Part shown: in pieces, positions 16,908-31,385 of the stretch
Layout of the letters: every line of letters begins with the position of its first letter
Position numbering within the stretch: position 1 is the first letter of the stretch
Assembly: GCF_009914755.1 (NCBI RefSeq)
Contig: NC_060926.1
DNA length: 64,000 bases
Reading direction: 5' to 3' (one strand)
Source of the DNA: the human T2T-CHM13v2.0 reference genome, Homo sapiens
Translations under genes and position numbers: made by a program
Notes under the pieces: generated by a model
What the model was told of the DNA's origin: nothing
Database searches by the model: none
What the model saw: the letters and a program-made list of their open reading frames with translations, nothing else

Positions 16908-16972
16908 TACACACAATACACACAATACACACAGTACACACACAAACACACACACACCACATACATACACAC
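16908..16972. repeat. Degenerate (CA)-rich microsatellite
   Basis: tacacacaa repeats and CA runs. Confidence 0.8.
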
Positions 16973-17002
16973 AGCAGAAAGGAATATGAAAAACAAAAGT
17001 TA

Positions 17003-17300
17003 GGCCAGGCATGGTGGCTCACACCTGCAATCCCAGCACTTAGGGAGCCTGAGGCGGGTGGATCGCTTGAGCTCAGGAGTTCAAGACCAGCCTTGGTGAC
17101 GTGGTGAAACCCCATCTCTACAAAAAATAGAAAAAAAAATGGCCGGGCATGGTGGTGCACTTCCGGGGTCCCAGCTACTCAGGAGGCTGAGGCGGGATGA
17201 TCAGTTGAGTCCAGGATGTCAAGGCTGCAATGAGCTGAGATCACACCACTGCACTCCAGCCTGGGCAACAGAGTGACAGCCTGTCTCGAAAAACAAAAAC
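17003..17300 (+). mobile_element. AluJ
   Basis: Full dimer; ggatcgcttgagctcaggag. Confidence 0.93.
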
Positions 17301-18909
17301 GAAATGTTAAATGAAAAATACACATCTGAAATTATGTATTAATAAATAGGCAGATGAAAATCATAGCCATATTTCCATGGATTCAAAAAAGGCCTTTATG
17401 AATTAAGGGCTCAAAGTAGAGTGTTCTAGTCTATTTTCACACTGATGTAAAGAAATACCCAAGACTGGGTAATTTATAAAGGAAAGAGGTTTAATTGCCT
17501 CACAATTCCACATAGCTGAGACGGCCTCAAGAAACTTACCATGATGGTGGAAGGTGAAGAGGAAGCAAGCACCTTCTTCATAAGGCAGCAGGAAAGAGAA
17601 GCATGAAAAGGAGGAATTTCCAAACACTTATAAAACCATCAGATATTGTGAGAACTCACTATCATGAGAACAGCATGGGGGAAACTGCCCCCATGATCCA
17701 ATCACCTCCCACCAGGTCCCTCCCTCCACACGTGGAGATTATGGGGATTGCAATTCGAGATGAGATTTGGGTGGGGACACAGAGCCAAACCATATCATTC
17801 CACCCCTGACCCCTTCCAAATCTAACATCATTTTTACGTTGCAAAACCAACCATGCCTTCTCAACAGTCCCCCAAAGTCTCAACTCATTTCAGCATTAAC
17901 TCAAAAGTCCATAGTCAAAAGTCTCACCTGAGATAAGGTGAGTCCCTTCCTCCTATGAGCCTGTAAAATCTAAAGCAAGTTATTTACTTCCTAGATATAA
18001 TGGGGATACAAACAATGGGTGCATATACCCATTCCAAATGGGAGAAATTGGCCAAAACAAAGGGGCTACAGGCCCCATGCAAGTCCGAAATCCAGCACGG
18101 CAGTCAAATCTTAAAGCTCCAAAATGATCTCCTTTGACTTCATGTCTCACATCTGGGTCACGCTGATGCAAGAGGTGGGTTCCCATGGTCTTGGGCAGCT
18201 CCACCCCTGTGGCTTTGCAGGGTACAGCCCTGCTCCTGGCTGCTTTCACAGGCTGGCATTGAGTGTCTGTGGCAAAACAGGCACACATGCAAGCTGTTGG
18301 TGGATCTACCATTCTGGGGTCTGGAGAATGGTGGCCCCCTTCTCATAGCTCCATTAGGCAATGCCCCAGTAGGGACTCTGTGATGGGGCTCCAACCCACA
18401 TTTCCCTTTCACACTGCCCTAGCAGAGGTTCTCCATGAAGACTCTGCCTCTAGAGCAGACTTCTGCCTGGACATCCAGGTGTTTCTATACATCCTGTGAA
18501 ATCTAGGCAGAGGTTCCCAAACCTCAATTCTTGACTTCTGTGTACCTGCAGGCCCCACACCACATAGAAGCTTTCCAGGCTTGGGGCTTGCACCCTCTGA
18601 AGCAACGACCTGAGCTGTACCTTGGCCCCTTTTAGCCATAGTTGGAACTGGAGTGGCTGGGAAGCAGGGCACCAAATCCCAAGGATGCACAGAGCACAGA
18701 GCAGCAGTGGGGCCCTGGGCTTGGCCCACAAAACCATTTTTCCCACCTAGGTCTCAGGCCTGCAATTGGAGGAGCTGCCTTGAAGGTTTCTGACATGCCC
18801 TGGAGACATTTTCCCCATTGTCTTGGTGCTTAACATTGTCTTGGCAATTAACTCCTTGTTACTTACAGAAATTTCTGTAGCCAGCTTGAATTTCTCCCCA
18901 GAAAACAGG

Positions 18910-18910
18910 T

Positions 18911-18942
<32 letters not shown>

Positions 18943-19244
18943 TTTTTTTTTTTGAGATGGAGTCTCGCTCTGTCGCCCAGGCTGGAGTGCAGTGGCATGA
19001 TCTCAGCTCACCGCAAGCCCCGCCTCCTGGGTTCACGCCATTCTCCCGCCTCAGCCTCCAGAGTAGCTAGGAGTACAGGCACCCACCATCAAGCCCAGCT
19101 AATTTTTTTTTTTTTTTTGTATTTTTACTAGAGGCAGGGTTTCACTGTGTTAGCCAGGATGGTCTCGATCTCCTGACCTCATGATCCGCCCGCCTCGGCC
19201 TCCCAAAGTGCTGGGATTACAGGCCTGAGCCACTGCGCCTGGCC
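18910..19244 (-). mobile_element. AluY-like element inside the THE1/MST internal region
   Basis: ttcacgccattctcc and gttagccaggatggtctcgatc; TSD gtttttcttttct. Confidence 0.93.
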
Positions 19245-19661
19245 CACGTTTTTCTTTTCTGCCACATGGTCGGGCTGCAAATTTTCCAAACTTTTATGCT
19301 CTGTCACCTCTTGAACGCTTTGCTGCTTAGAAATGTCTTCTACCAGATACCCTAAATCATCTCTCTCAAGTTCGAAGTCCCATAGATCTCTAGGACAGGG
19401 GCAAAATGCCGCCAGTCTCTTTGCTAACGCATAGCAACAGTGACATTTACTGCAGTTCCTGATAAGTTCCTCATTTTCATCTGAGACCACCTCAGCCTGA
19501 ACTTCATTGTCCACATCACTGTCAGCATTTTGGTCAAAACCATTCAACAAGTTTCTAGGAAGCTCCCAACTTTCTCATATCTTCCTGTCTTCTGAGCCCT
19601 CCAAATTGTTCCAACATCTGCCCATTACCCAGTTAGCCATAGTTGAAACTGGAGTGGCACA

Positions 19662-19957
<296 letters not shown>

Positions 19958-21869
19958 ATCTCTTACACATTTTTAAGTATCTTTATAGCAGTGCCCCAAA
20001 CCCCTGGTACCAATTTACTATACTAGTCCATTCACACTGCTATAAAGAAATACCCGAGACTAGGTAATTTATAAAGGAAAGAGGTTTAATTGACTCACAG
20101 TTCCACATGGCTTGGAGGCCTCAGGAAACTCATAATCATGGAGAAAGATGAAGGGGAAGCAAGGTACCTTCTTCACAAGGTGGCAGGAGAGAGAAGTGTG
20201 AAGGAGGAAATTCCAAACACTCATAAAACCATCAGATCTCGTGAGAACTCAAAGACTGTAACAAGAACAGCATGAGGGAAACCACCCCCATGATCCAATC
20301 ACCTCCCACCCGGTCCCTCCCTCGACATGTGAGGATTATGGGGATTATAATTTGAGATGAGATTTGGATGGGGACACAGAGCCAAACCATATCATAGAGC
20401 TACAAAGAAGCTAGTAGAAAATGATAAAACAGAAACATATAAATGACAGCAAAAATGGACAATGCTGCTGCTAGCACAATCAGACTTCAAAATACTGATA
20501 AAAATGAAATGGAAAAAATAGTTTTAAATGATCACTCTAGCTATCAGCTCTAAGGTCAAATGACAGATACAGAAGATACTCAGACAAAGGAGATACAAGA
20601 TCTGCACAACCGGTGGCCCAAGTAAGATTTTTAAAAAACAAATGAAATAGAGTAAAACTATTACAACATATAAATCAAGAAAACTTTCAAAACTAAAGGC
20701 ACTGAATCTATCAATTGGAAGAATACAACATGTCCCAGGAGATAGTGAAATTGATCAATCAAGGCCTAGATATAGCCTAGCAAATTTGCTAACTCTCAGT
20801 AAGACTTTTACTGAAACATAGGGGGAAAAAATAAAATAAAAAACCAAGTAACTCATAATGGAAAGGCAACAGGCTGGTTTCATATTTCTCCAAACAATAA
20901 TTCAACATAAAGCATATAAAATCCTGAGCAATTAAAATGTCTCCCAATCATTTTACAACCAAATTATCATTCAAGTGTAATAACAATCCCCAGCTGTATT
21001 TAAACATCCAAAAACTGGGACAATATAGTTCTGGTAATACTTTCTTATTGTTACAATGAATAGAAAACCATCCACTAACCAAAAGATAAATGAAGATAAT
21101 ATGGTAAAATCTGGGAACACTCACTGGTACTATTTAAATGTAGAACAAACATTAAAAACAACTGTGGTAATTATGGTTACATGGGGTGTAAATGATATAT
21201 GGCATCTCAGAGTAGAAATAACAACATACATAAGTGGTAAGAGTTGGAGACTATGAAAAATGGGAGATTGTATAAATATTTTGGCTTTCTCATCCTTCAT
21301 AGAGGAGGATAAGCAGATGTTGCTTAATGCAGATCAATCTAATTGTAGAGGCACATGGATATTCTTTAGAGTATAAATATGACTATCAAAATTGTCAAAA
21401 AGAATAATATTGCCAAATAAATTTAGTTGGTAGAGGGACAGGAATAGGAGAATGTCAGGAAAAGTGAACATACATAATTTCCTTACCACGCATAATGGTA
21501 AATATTTCTTTTGAACTATTTGGATTTTTGTATAATGTAAGCATTTCAAAATATTTTTAAAGTTATTAATACATTTATGATTCAATGTGTTCCTACTGCA
21601 TCCACTAACAAAATTTGACATGACAATAAGCAAAAGATAAAGACTTAAATCCCTAATAAGATAGTTTAGCTAATATGCTAATCTCATGATACGATTTCTT
21701 TAAAGGCCCAAGAAAACCAGGGTTTGTATCCTAGTTCCACCATTTATTAGCATAGAATCCTGGAAAAATCATGAATTAATTCAAACAATTTGTTTCTAAA
21801 ACCCGCTTCAATTATCATTGCCCAAAAATGCAAGTGGTGCTTCAATGCACTATAAAGACATTATTCTCA

Positions 21870-22240
<371 letters not shown>

Positions 22241-22254
22241 ATTGAAGAACAAAG

Positions 22255-23040
22255 AAAAACACAGTATATATGGTTCAACATCACCAATCATTAGGGAAAT
22301 GAAAACCAAAACCACATGAGATAGCACTTCAAACCCATTAGGATGGCTGTTATCACAAAAACAGAAAATAAGTGTTGGTTGAGAAGTTGGAGAAATTAGA
22401 ACCCTTGTGTATTCTAATTCACAATGGAATTGTGGAAACATAAAATGGTGCAACCACTGTGAAAAATGATATGGCTGTTCCTCAAAAAATTAGACACAGA
22501 ATTATCATGGGATTCAGCAATTCCACTTCTGGGTATATACCCAAAAGAATGAAAACACGGACTCGACAGATATTTGTACACCCATGTGCATAGCAGCATT
22601 AGTCACAAGAGCCAAAAGGTGGAAGCAACCCAAGTCTCTATCAACGGATAAATAGATAAACAAAATGCTATCTACATATAATAGAATATTATTCAGTCTT
22701 TAAAAAGATAGAAATTTCAACACGTTATAACATAAATGAACCTTGAAGACATTATGCTAAGTGAAATAAGCCACTCACAAAAGGACCAATACTGTATGAT
22801 TTGATTCCACTTGTATTATATACCTAGGGCAGTCAAATTCACAGACAAAAAGCAGAATGTCAGTCGCCAGGGGCTATTCAATGGGTACAGAGTTTCAGTT
22901 TGAGAAAATGAAAATGTTCTGGAAATGGATGGTGGTTATGGTTGCAAAACAGTGTGTGCTTAAAATGACACAGAATTGTAAGTTAAGATGGTTAAAATGG
23001 TAAATTTTATGTTATATATATTTTGCTACAATTTTTAAAA
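22255..23040 (+). mobile_element. L1MB-type 3' end
   Basis: aacatcaccaatcattagggaaatgaaaaccaaaaccac...gttctggaaatggatggtggt...aaaatggtaaattttatgtta. Confidence 0.85.
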
Positions 23041-23834
23041 CCACATAAGATTATTATAATCATGAGTTTTGTAAAACTATATTCTATACAAGTCATATGG
23101 GACAAAGAATCTTTAAAATTGAGAATTTCTGTATTCTTCTGAAAATAAAAATAGTGTAATTATTTGCAACAGAAAGGTCATACACAAAAAAATAAAATAT
23201 GGTTGACAGTGCACCACAATTTTTATTAACACTGAACTACTGACTTCATGGTTCTTCTTAATTATTGAAGTCTGTTTTTAGCCAAGCTGTGCTAACATAT
23301 TTTTTAAATCCTTGTTTAGTTTTAAGTAAACTTACTTTAAAATCCTAGTGCAATTAACATAGTAAGCTACTTATTGTTCTTATCTCATCAGCAGAACTAA
23401 CAAACAATAATATTATATCCTCAAATCAGTCACAAATATTACCTAAATAATCCAATTTAGGGAAATTTTATTTCTAATTCTTAAATAATATTAAACCCAA
23501 GCCTTATACAGCTTTCAACCATTGGCAACAATCTACATAATAAAAGGCATATTTGGTATAAGTTTTAATATTATTTCAAATCAACGCTATTGAGGAATAA
23601 ATTCCTCAAACTACTGGCAGTTAGAGGAACAACATTGGCTTAAGTCTGCTCTACAAATTAGAAGTTCAAAAATTGTGCTTATAACAGGATAATAATAAAA
23701 TGACTCTATAGAGAAATACTTTAAAAATTAAAAAGCTATATAAATGCTAACAATGAAGATGAGTTAAAAACTGATCTATTCAGTAGTCTATCAACTGAAA
23801 ATCCTATTGCAATAACTGCAATGCAAGTTTAATA

Positions 23835-24550
23835 CTACCTGCCCACAGTAAGGGCAGACTCCACAGTACCTTTGCTTCAGACACCAGCTGCAAGCTCAGC
23901 GGCCCCCAAGCCACCCAAACTTCCAACTAACTGGCTACAAATTTGGGGGTTCCCACAACCTCATCGACTTCAATAATTTATTACTAGAACAACTCACAGA
24001 AATCAGGAAAGAACTATATTTACAATTATAGTTGTATTATAAAGGATACAAATCAGGACTAGTCAGGGGAAGAGACCCATAGGGTGACAGCTGGGAGGGT
24101 CCCAAATGAAAAGCTTCTGAGTCATTTATCTGTGGAATCAGGTCTCATCACTCTCCCAACACATGGATGTGTTCACCAAGTAGGAAGCTCAACCAGAGTT
24201 CCAGTTGAAAGTGTCTAAAGTTTTTAATTGGGGCTTCAATACACAGGCATGACTGTGTGAATCACTGGCCATGTGACTGAACTCAACCTCCAACCCCCTT
24301 TCTGTTCCCAGAGGTCAGACTTACTCATCTAGCTCAAAGCCTTAATTCTGAAATCACCTGATTGGTCCTTGCAGTTTGGTCAGCACCCATTCTGAAACTA
24401 TCTGGAAGTTCACCGCAATTCATCTTATTAACATAAACTCAGGTCTTGGTCCCAGGGGCCAACTATAATAACAAACATACTCCGGTCACTCTAGAAATTC
24501 CAAGGTTTTAGAGGTTCCTTGCCAGGAACCCAGGACAAAGACCAAATTAT
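23835..24550. mobile_element. MER21-like LTR
   Basis: cttcagacaccagctgcaag...ctggctacaaatttgggggttcccac...ccaggaacccaggacaaagaccaaat. Confidence 0.7.
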
Positions 24551-24734
24551 TACCAGTACCTAGTACCAGCATTTTTGCACTTCCCAAATACAATGATATT
24601 GTGTTAATAATAAATATGCTGATATTTTAAAAGATGATAAAATACTACTGACTTGACAAATATTAAATTTTATTCAATGTACTTTTATTATAAGTACTTT
24701 ATCAATTATGTATTTATAAATTTATTTACTTAAT

Positions 24735-26320
<1,586 letters not shown>

Positions 26321-27059
26321 AATCCTTTTCAAATAGTAGTGACTTGAAATGCCAACCTATAAGATATGCTAGGCCCCAAGAAAAGTTTCACATAGAGTTA
26401 TACCCTATTTTGAAAAAAGGTGATATATATATATAATCTCAAAAAAGCTGATATATATATATAAAACCATATATATATTTAACAGGATTATCATATTATA
26501 ATTTCCATTCTTAGACAGATAGATAGATAGATAGATGTACACATATAAATCTCCATATGATTAATCCAGGAATGACAAATTGCTTTGCAAAGATAGTGTA
26601 GTCTTTTCCAACCACTTCGATCTTAACCCTAAGATACTGTCTCACTTTACCCTCTTCCCACAAACAAAAAAACATGCTGAATATACGCTTCAAACTATAT
26701 AGTATTTCTCCCACTCTGCTAAAATCAATACTACAAATAGAATCACTACTGCCATTATACCACTAAAATATGATTTTTTAAAAATCTAGCTTATACTTTT
26801 TCAAGAAAAATGTATTACCTAAAATCAAATACCCTGTATAGGCAAAAACCTATGCCATACAAGATTCTTAATTCTTCTGATTAAAAGGATGATCAGTTAT
26901 CCAAATGCAGGTCTTATGATATAAATCCATATTTCAGTAATATGTAAAGAGTGGTCCATTTTTAACGCTGCAAATTAGGAAATTATTATAATGCCAAATC
27001 ATATGCTTTATTCTTTCCTACAGTGTATCTGGTTCTCTCCCACAACTGCTAGTTTTTAC

Positions 27060-27221
27060 CTTTGTTTTTATTTGCCTCTGTATAAGAAAATCCTGGTGCT
27101 TTTCCTGTTTTTCAGCCAAAGAGGCCCCAGAGATTTGGACCAGTCTTGTGATTTTCACCTTTTTCCACTGTGTGGCACTGAGCACATTTCTGAATAAAGG
27201 TCTTCTTGCCTGCTTCAGCAT
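27060..27221 (-). CDS. PDE11A: PDE11A isoform 3 (PDE11A3) first coding exon, 54-aa unique N-terminus; the rest of the gene lies left of the window
   Basis: [54 protein letters not shown] recognised as the PDE11A3 N-terminus; acceptor ttgcag at 27240-27235; donor AAG|gtaaaa at 27060/27059, phase 0. Confidence 0.9.
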
Positions 27222-27228
27222 CTCCCAT
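27060..27228 (-). pseudogene. CYCTP: Testis cytochrome c pseudogene, first coding exon (nonsense at codon 39)
   Basis: [55 protein letters not shown](G); CXXCH motif; 169 coding nt ending in phase 1 at a GT donor; TGA at 27114-27112. Confidence 0.96.
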
Positions 27229-27936
27229 GTTGCTCTGCAATGGAACATTAAAACCACAAACCAAAAAAATATATATATTAGATTTTCAAAGCCGGGGAGA
27301 AAAAAGAATTCCATCATTTTGACTGAAGTGAATGCTGATGATGTTAAACAAAAACATATCCTTTAAAGCATGCAAGCTTTAATGTATGAGTGCTCAAAAA
27401 CACAGATATATTATAACATCCAATTTCATAAAGACAATCATCTCATTAATTAGGCTTATTTTAAGTTTCTAGCCATAGCTACTTCAGAAACTGCTATTGG
27501 TATCAAACGGGTTTTACTTCAGCCTTCAAAGAATTATATTAATTTATCCAGGTCAATTATATTCCTTTTCATTTCTAAAAAGTGCATGTGCAAAAGATGA
27601 TGTAAAACATATAGGTCTAATTTTGCAACCCCTTATTTAAAAATAAGAATAGAACAAATAGGAAAGGTGTTTAACTATGATATTACTATGAGTATTTATA
27701 TGTCTACAATAATCAAACTGTAAAAATAAAAATTATACAGAAAAGAATGCAGCCATAGAAACCTGTATGTAACATAATTTCTCATTTACTTTACATTCTT
27801 AGCTATAGATACCAGATTAGATCAAGCATTATCTGAAAGCAATCAGAAATAACATTATTGAATTCAGTCAGCAATAGTATGCATTTAATACTAATGTAGT
27901 GGAAAATACACAGTTTTAAGTAGTAAAGACCCTACT

Positions 27937-28240
27937 GGGTTGGGTGCGGTGGCTCATGTCTGTAATCCCAGCACTTTGGGAGGCCAAGGCGGGCAAATCA
28001 CAAGGTCAGGAGTTCGAGATCAGCCCGGCCAAGATGGTGAAACCCCATCTCTACTAAAAATACAAAAATTAGCCGGGTGTGGTGGCGGACGCCTGTAATC
28101 CCAGCTACTCGGGAGGTTGAAGCAGAGAATTGCTTGAACCTGGGAGGCGGAGGTTGCAGTAAGCTGAGATTGCGCCACTGCACTCCAGCCTGGGTGACAG
28201 AGAGAGACTCCCTCTCAAAAAACAAAAACAAAAACAAAAA
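27937..28240 (+). mobile_element. AluS
   Basis: Full dimer; TSD-like aaa(g/a)acc(c/t)tactg. Confidence 0.95.
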
Positions 28241-28393
28241 CCTTACTGTATGATGGTAGACATATAAAATAAATTTTTTACAAAGATATTTTGGTTGAGA
28301 CTGTTAAAAATTCTATAACTAAATAAATGCCTCCTCCATCTAAAATGATGTAAAAATTAAAATAAGTTCAAACTATCAAAAAATTGTACTTTA

Positions 28394-28628
28394 TCGATGT
28401 CTCAGGAGGTTCTCCATGGTGGTACAGGATGGCATAATGAAGGCCCTGAATGTGGAACCTGATGGCATAGGTCTCACCTGCAGCCTGGCACCCAATATCA
28501 CCTCACAGCTCTGAGCCCCTGGGCCAGATCACTTCCTCCACCCCTCCCTATCTCACCTGCCCAGCCAACTGGGACCTTGGCCAGATTTCTGCAATAAACA
28601 CTTGCGGTTTCTGTCCAAAAAAAAAAAA
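28394..28628 (+). pseudogene. 5'-truncated processed pseudogene of peroxiredoxin 5 (PRDX5)
   Basis: RCLRRFSMVVQDGIMKALNVEPDGIGLTCSLAPNITSQL* (stop 28512-28514) matches the PRDX5 C-terminus as I recall it; 3'UTR, AATAAA 28593-28598, poly-A 28617-28628, TSD aaaa(t/g)tgtacttta. Confidence 0.92.
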
Positions 28629-28829
28629 GTGTACTTTAATATAGTAAGGAATATGCTGTCTGGGTTCTATTTTTCTGTTTTTGTGTTCTGTGAAGAATGA
28701 GTGCAAGGGAGATGGGGTTTGGGATGGATTTGAACACAAAGAATTACTACTACAGACATCATGAAAATACCAAATTCTTTGAGAGTAGAGTCCTAAGCAC
28801 ATATTGATCTATCAATAGAAACAGAAAAC

Positions 28830-28946
28830 GTTTGTGTTATTCTGCCAATATTGAAGAAACCTATTGTTTAACTACAATTCATAAATTGTTTAACATACTG
28901 TGGTTAAACAATCTGTATTCTTCAATATTGGCAGAATAACACAAAC
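28830..28946. repeat. Inverted repeat with 29-bp perfect arms
   Basis: gtttgtgttattctgccaatattgaagaa (28830-28858) is the exact reverse complement of 28918-28946. Confidence 0.95.
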
Positions 28947-29435
28947 ATTCTTAGTTACTGCTCCAAGAAAGGCCAATGCTTTATACACAACAACCTGCAA
29001 AACCAGCTCTCCCTAACTTCTTTAAATCTATGTGGAAACCCATAACAGTGTCAACAATCCAAGTAAAGGGAAGATAGTTTTCTTTAGGCAGTATCCAAAA
29101 ACAACTAAGCTATTAACCAATAGTTCAGGTTTCATGGAAAGCCGGGTAAGAAAACTTACTTTATCCAAGAGAAGCTTACTTTAAAACTTCAAACATCACT
29201 CAGAGTACTGCATTCAATTATCAGTTCTATTAATTACCTAAATAGGTTCAGAATTCAGTGAGCCTTTGAGCACAGACCATAGAGGATAAAACTTCAGTCA
29301 CAAAAGCACATTTTTGGCCTTTTCACAAAATACATTCACCATAACCATAAAGCTTGTATCATAAAAAAGTCATCTAAGCACTAACTAGATAATCTTTATT
29401 TCCAATTTTTATACAAAGCAGAAAAATCAGATTGA

Positions 29436-29778
<343 letters not shown>

Positions 29779-30234
29779 CTAGTAATTCAGGAAACCAGAC
29801 ATTTAAAAACAAACAAAAAACTGTCCTTACTCATAAACTACAGATTTCACATTAAAGTCACGTGTAACATATTTCCATTATAACTGTTAAAACTACCAGC
29901 ATTAATCACAATTAAAACGTTTACTTCTGCCCTCTCTAATCATAGACGAATACTGCCAGTGCAAATACCTATGACCCTCTTCCAAGTGCATTAAAACCAA
30001 CAGATTCAGTAATAGCAGGAAGGGAAGAGCAGGATAGCAAGGGATAGAATATCTTAAGAAGGACAGGAAGAATATGAAAAGAATTCATTTTGTCCTATAA
30101 TCATTTGGCACTCTATCAGCATTTCATATTTCAAAAGAAATATCTCACTGAAATAGGCAAAGATGTGGCATCTAGTATGAAAATGGTCATTCTTCCAAGA
30201 ATGAAGTAATTTCAACATTAAATAGAGTAACAGT

Positions 30235-30425
30235 AGCAAACATTTGTATGTGCTTAGTATGTGACAGGCATATTCTAAGCACTTTATATATTATTAACTC
30301 ATTTAGTTCTCACAACAGCCCTGTAAGATGGATACCATTAACATCTCTATTTTTATAGATGTAGAAAACGAGGCAAACAGAAATTAAGTGACTTGTTTAC
30401 GGTCACAGATTGGTGAGCAGTGGAG
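30235..30425 (-). mobile_element. MIR SINE
   Basis: tatgtgacaggcatattctaagcacttt...ttttatagatgtagaaaacgaggc. Confidence 0.75.
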
Positions 30426-30434
30426 AAGAATTAA

Positions 30435-30776
<342 letters not shown>

Positions 30777-30964
30777 AACAATTACTTTTTAAGGGTGACT
30801 TGGCAACCCTGTGTTGAACACAATATCTGTAACACTGCAGATGCTTACAACTTTTTACCCAACTGAGAGTGCTTAAAGAGGAATAGGTGGGTACATACCA
30901 TTGCTATGTCTTATTTTTCATAAAAAGAGAAATGCTAATGAAACACTTTTTAATATTGGCATTA

Positions 30965-31250
30965 AAAACGGCCAGCGGTTCCTCCCTTTGCCCCCGCTCC
31001 CAGCAGTCACCTGGAACAGCCACCTGGCCAGAGTCCACGCCTCAACTTCGAGGCTGGCGATCCAGAAAGAGCACCTCACGCCCTGGGCTGCAAGCGCAGC
31101 CGGACGCGCGCGACCAGTGATCGCCAGCCAATGGCAAGCCGGGACCCGGTCCCACTGCTGATTGGCCCCCAGATCCCGTGGGATCTCACCTCTCGCAGAG
31201 GCTTAAAGCCTTGTACTTGCTGTGCAGTGCTTGGCTCTGCGTGCCCGCTG
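30965..31250 (-). promoter_or_regulatory. PDE11A: Small CpG-rich promoter and probable non-coding exon 1 of PDE11A3/CYCT
   Basis: Local CpG cluster; CCAAT 31128-31132 and Y-box core CTGATTGG 31158-31165; minus-strand donors CAG|gtgact (31011/31010) and GAG|gtgaga (31190/31189); exact TSS not determinable. Confidence 0.65.
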
Positions 31251-31385
31251 TCCAGTAGCTGTGGATAGCTCTTGAGCTGTCGGAAACTGGCTAATTCAAC
31301 TGAGGAAATGAATTTTTAATTATTTTCATTATAATTCATTTTAATTTTAGGTAATTTTAAGTAATTTTAATTTAAATAGCCACAG
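31245..31385. mobile_element. MER3-like hAT DNA transposon fossil
   Basis: cgctgtcca...actgaggaaatgaatttttaatt...aatttaaatagccaca. Confidence 0.65.

Noticed and set aside
27112-27114. Selenocysteine or read-through rescue of the CYCT TGA
   Set aside because: The position is a conserved Arg (CpG transition is the simple explanation), no SECIS was recognised, and the last exon is independently broken by an Alu.
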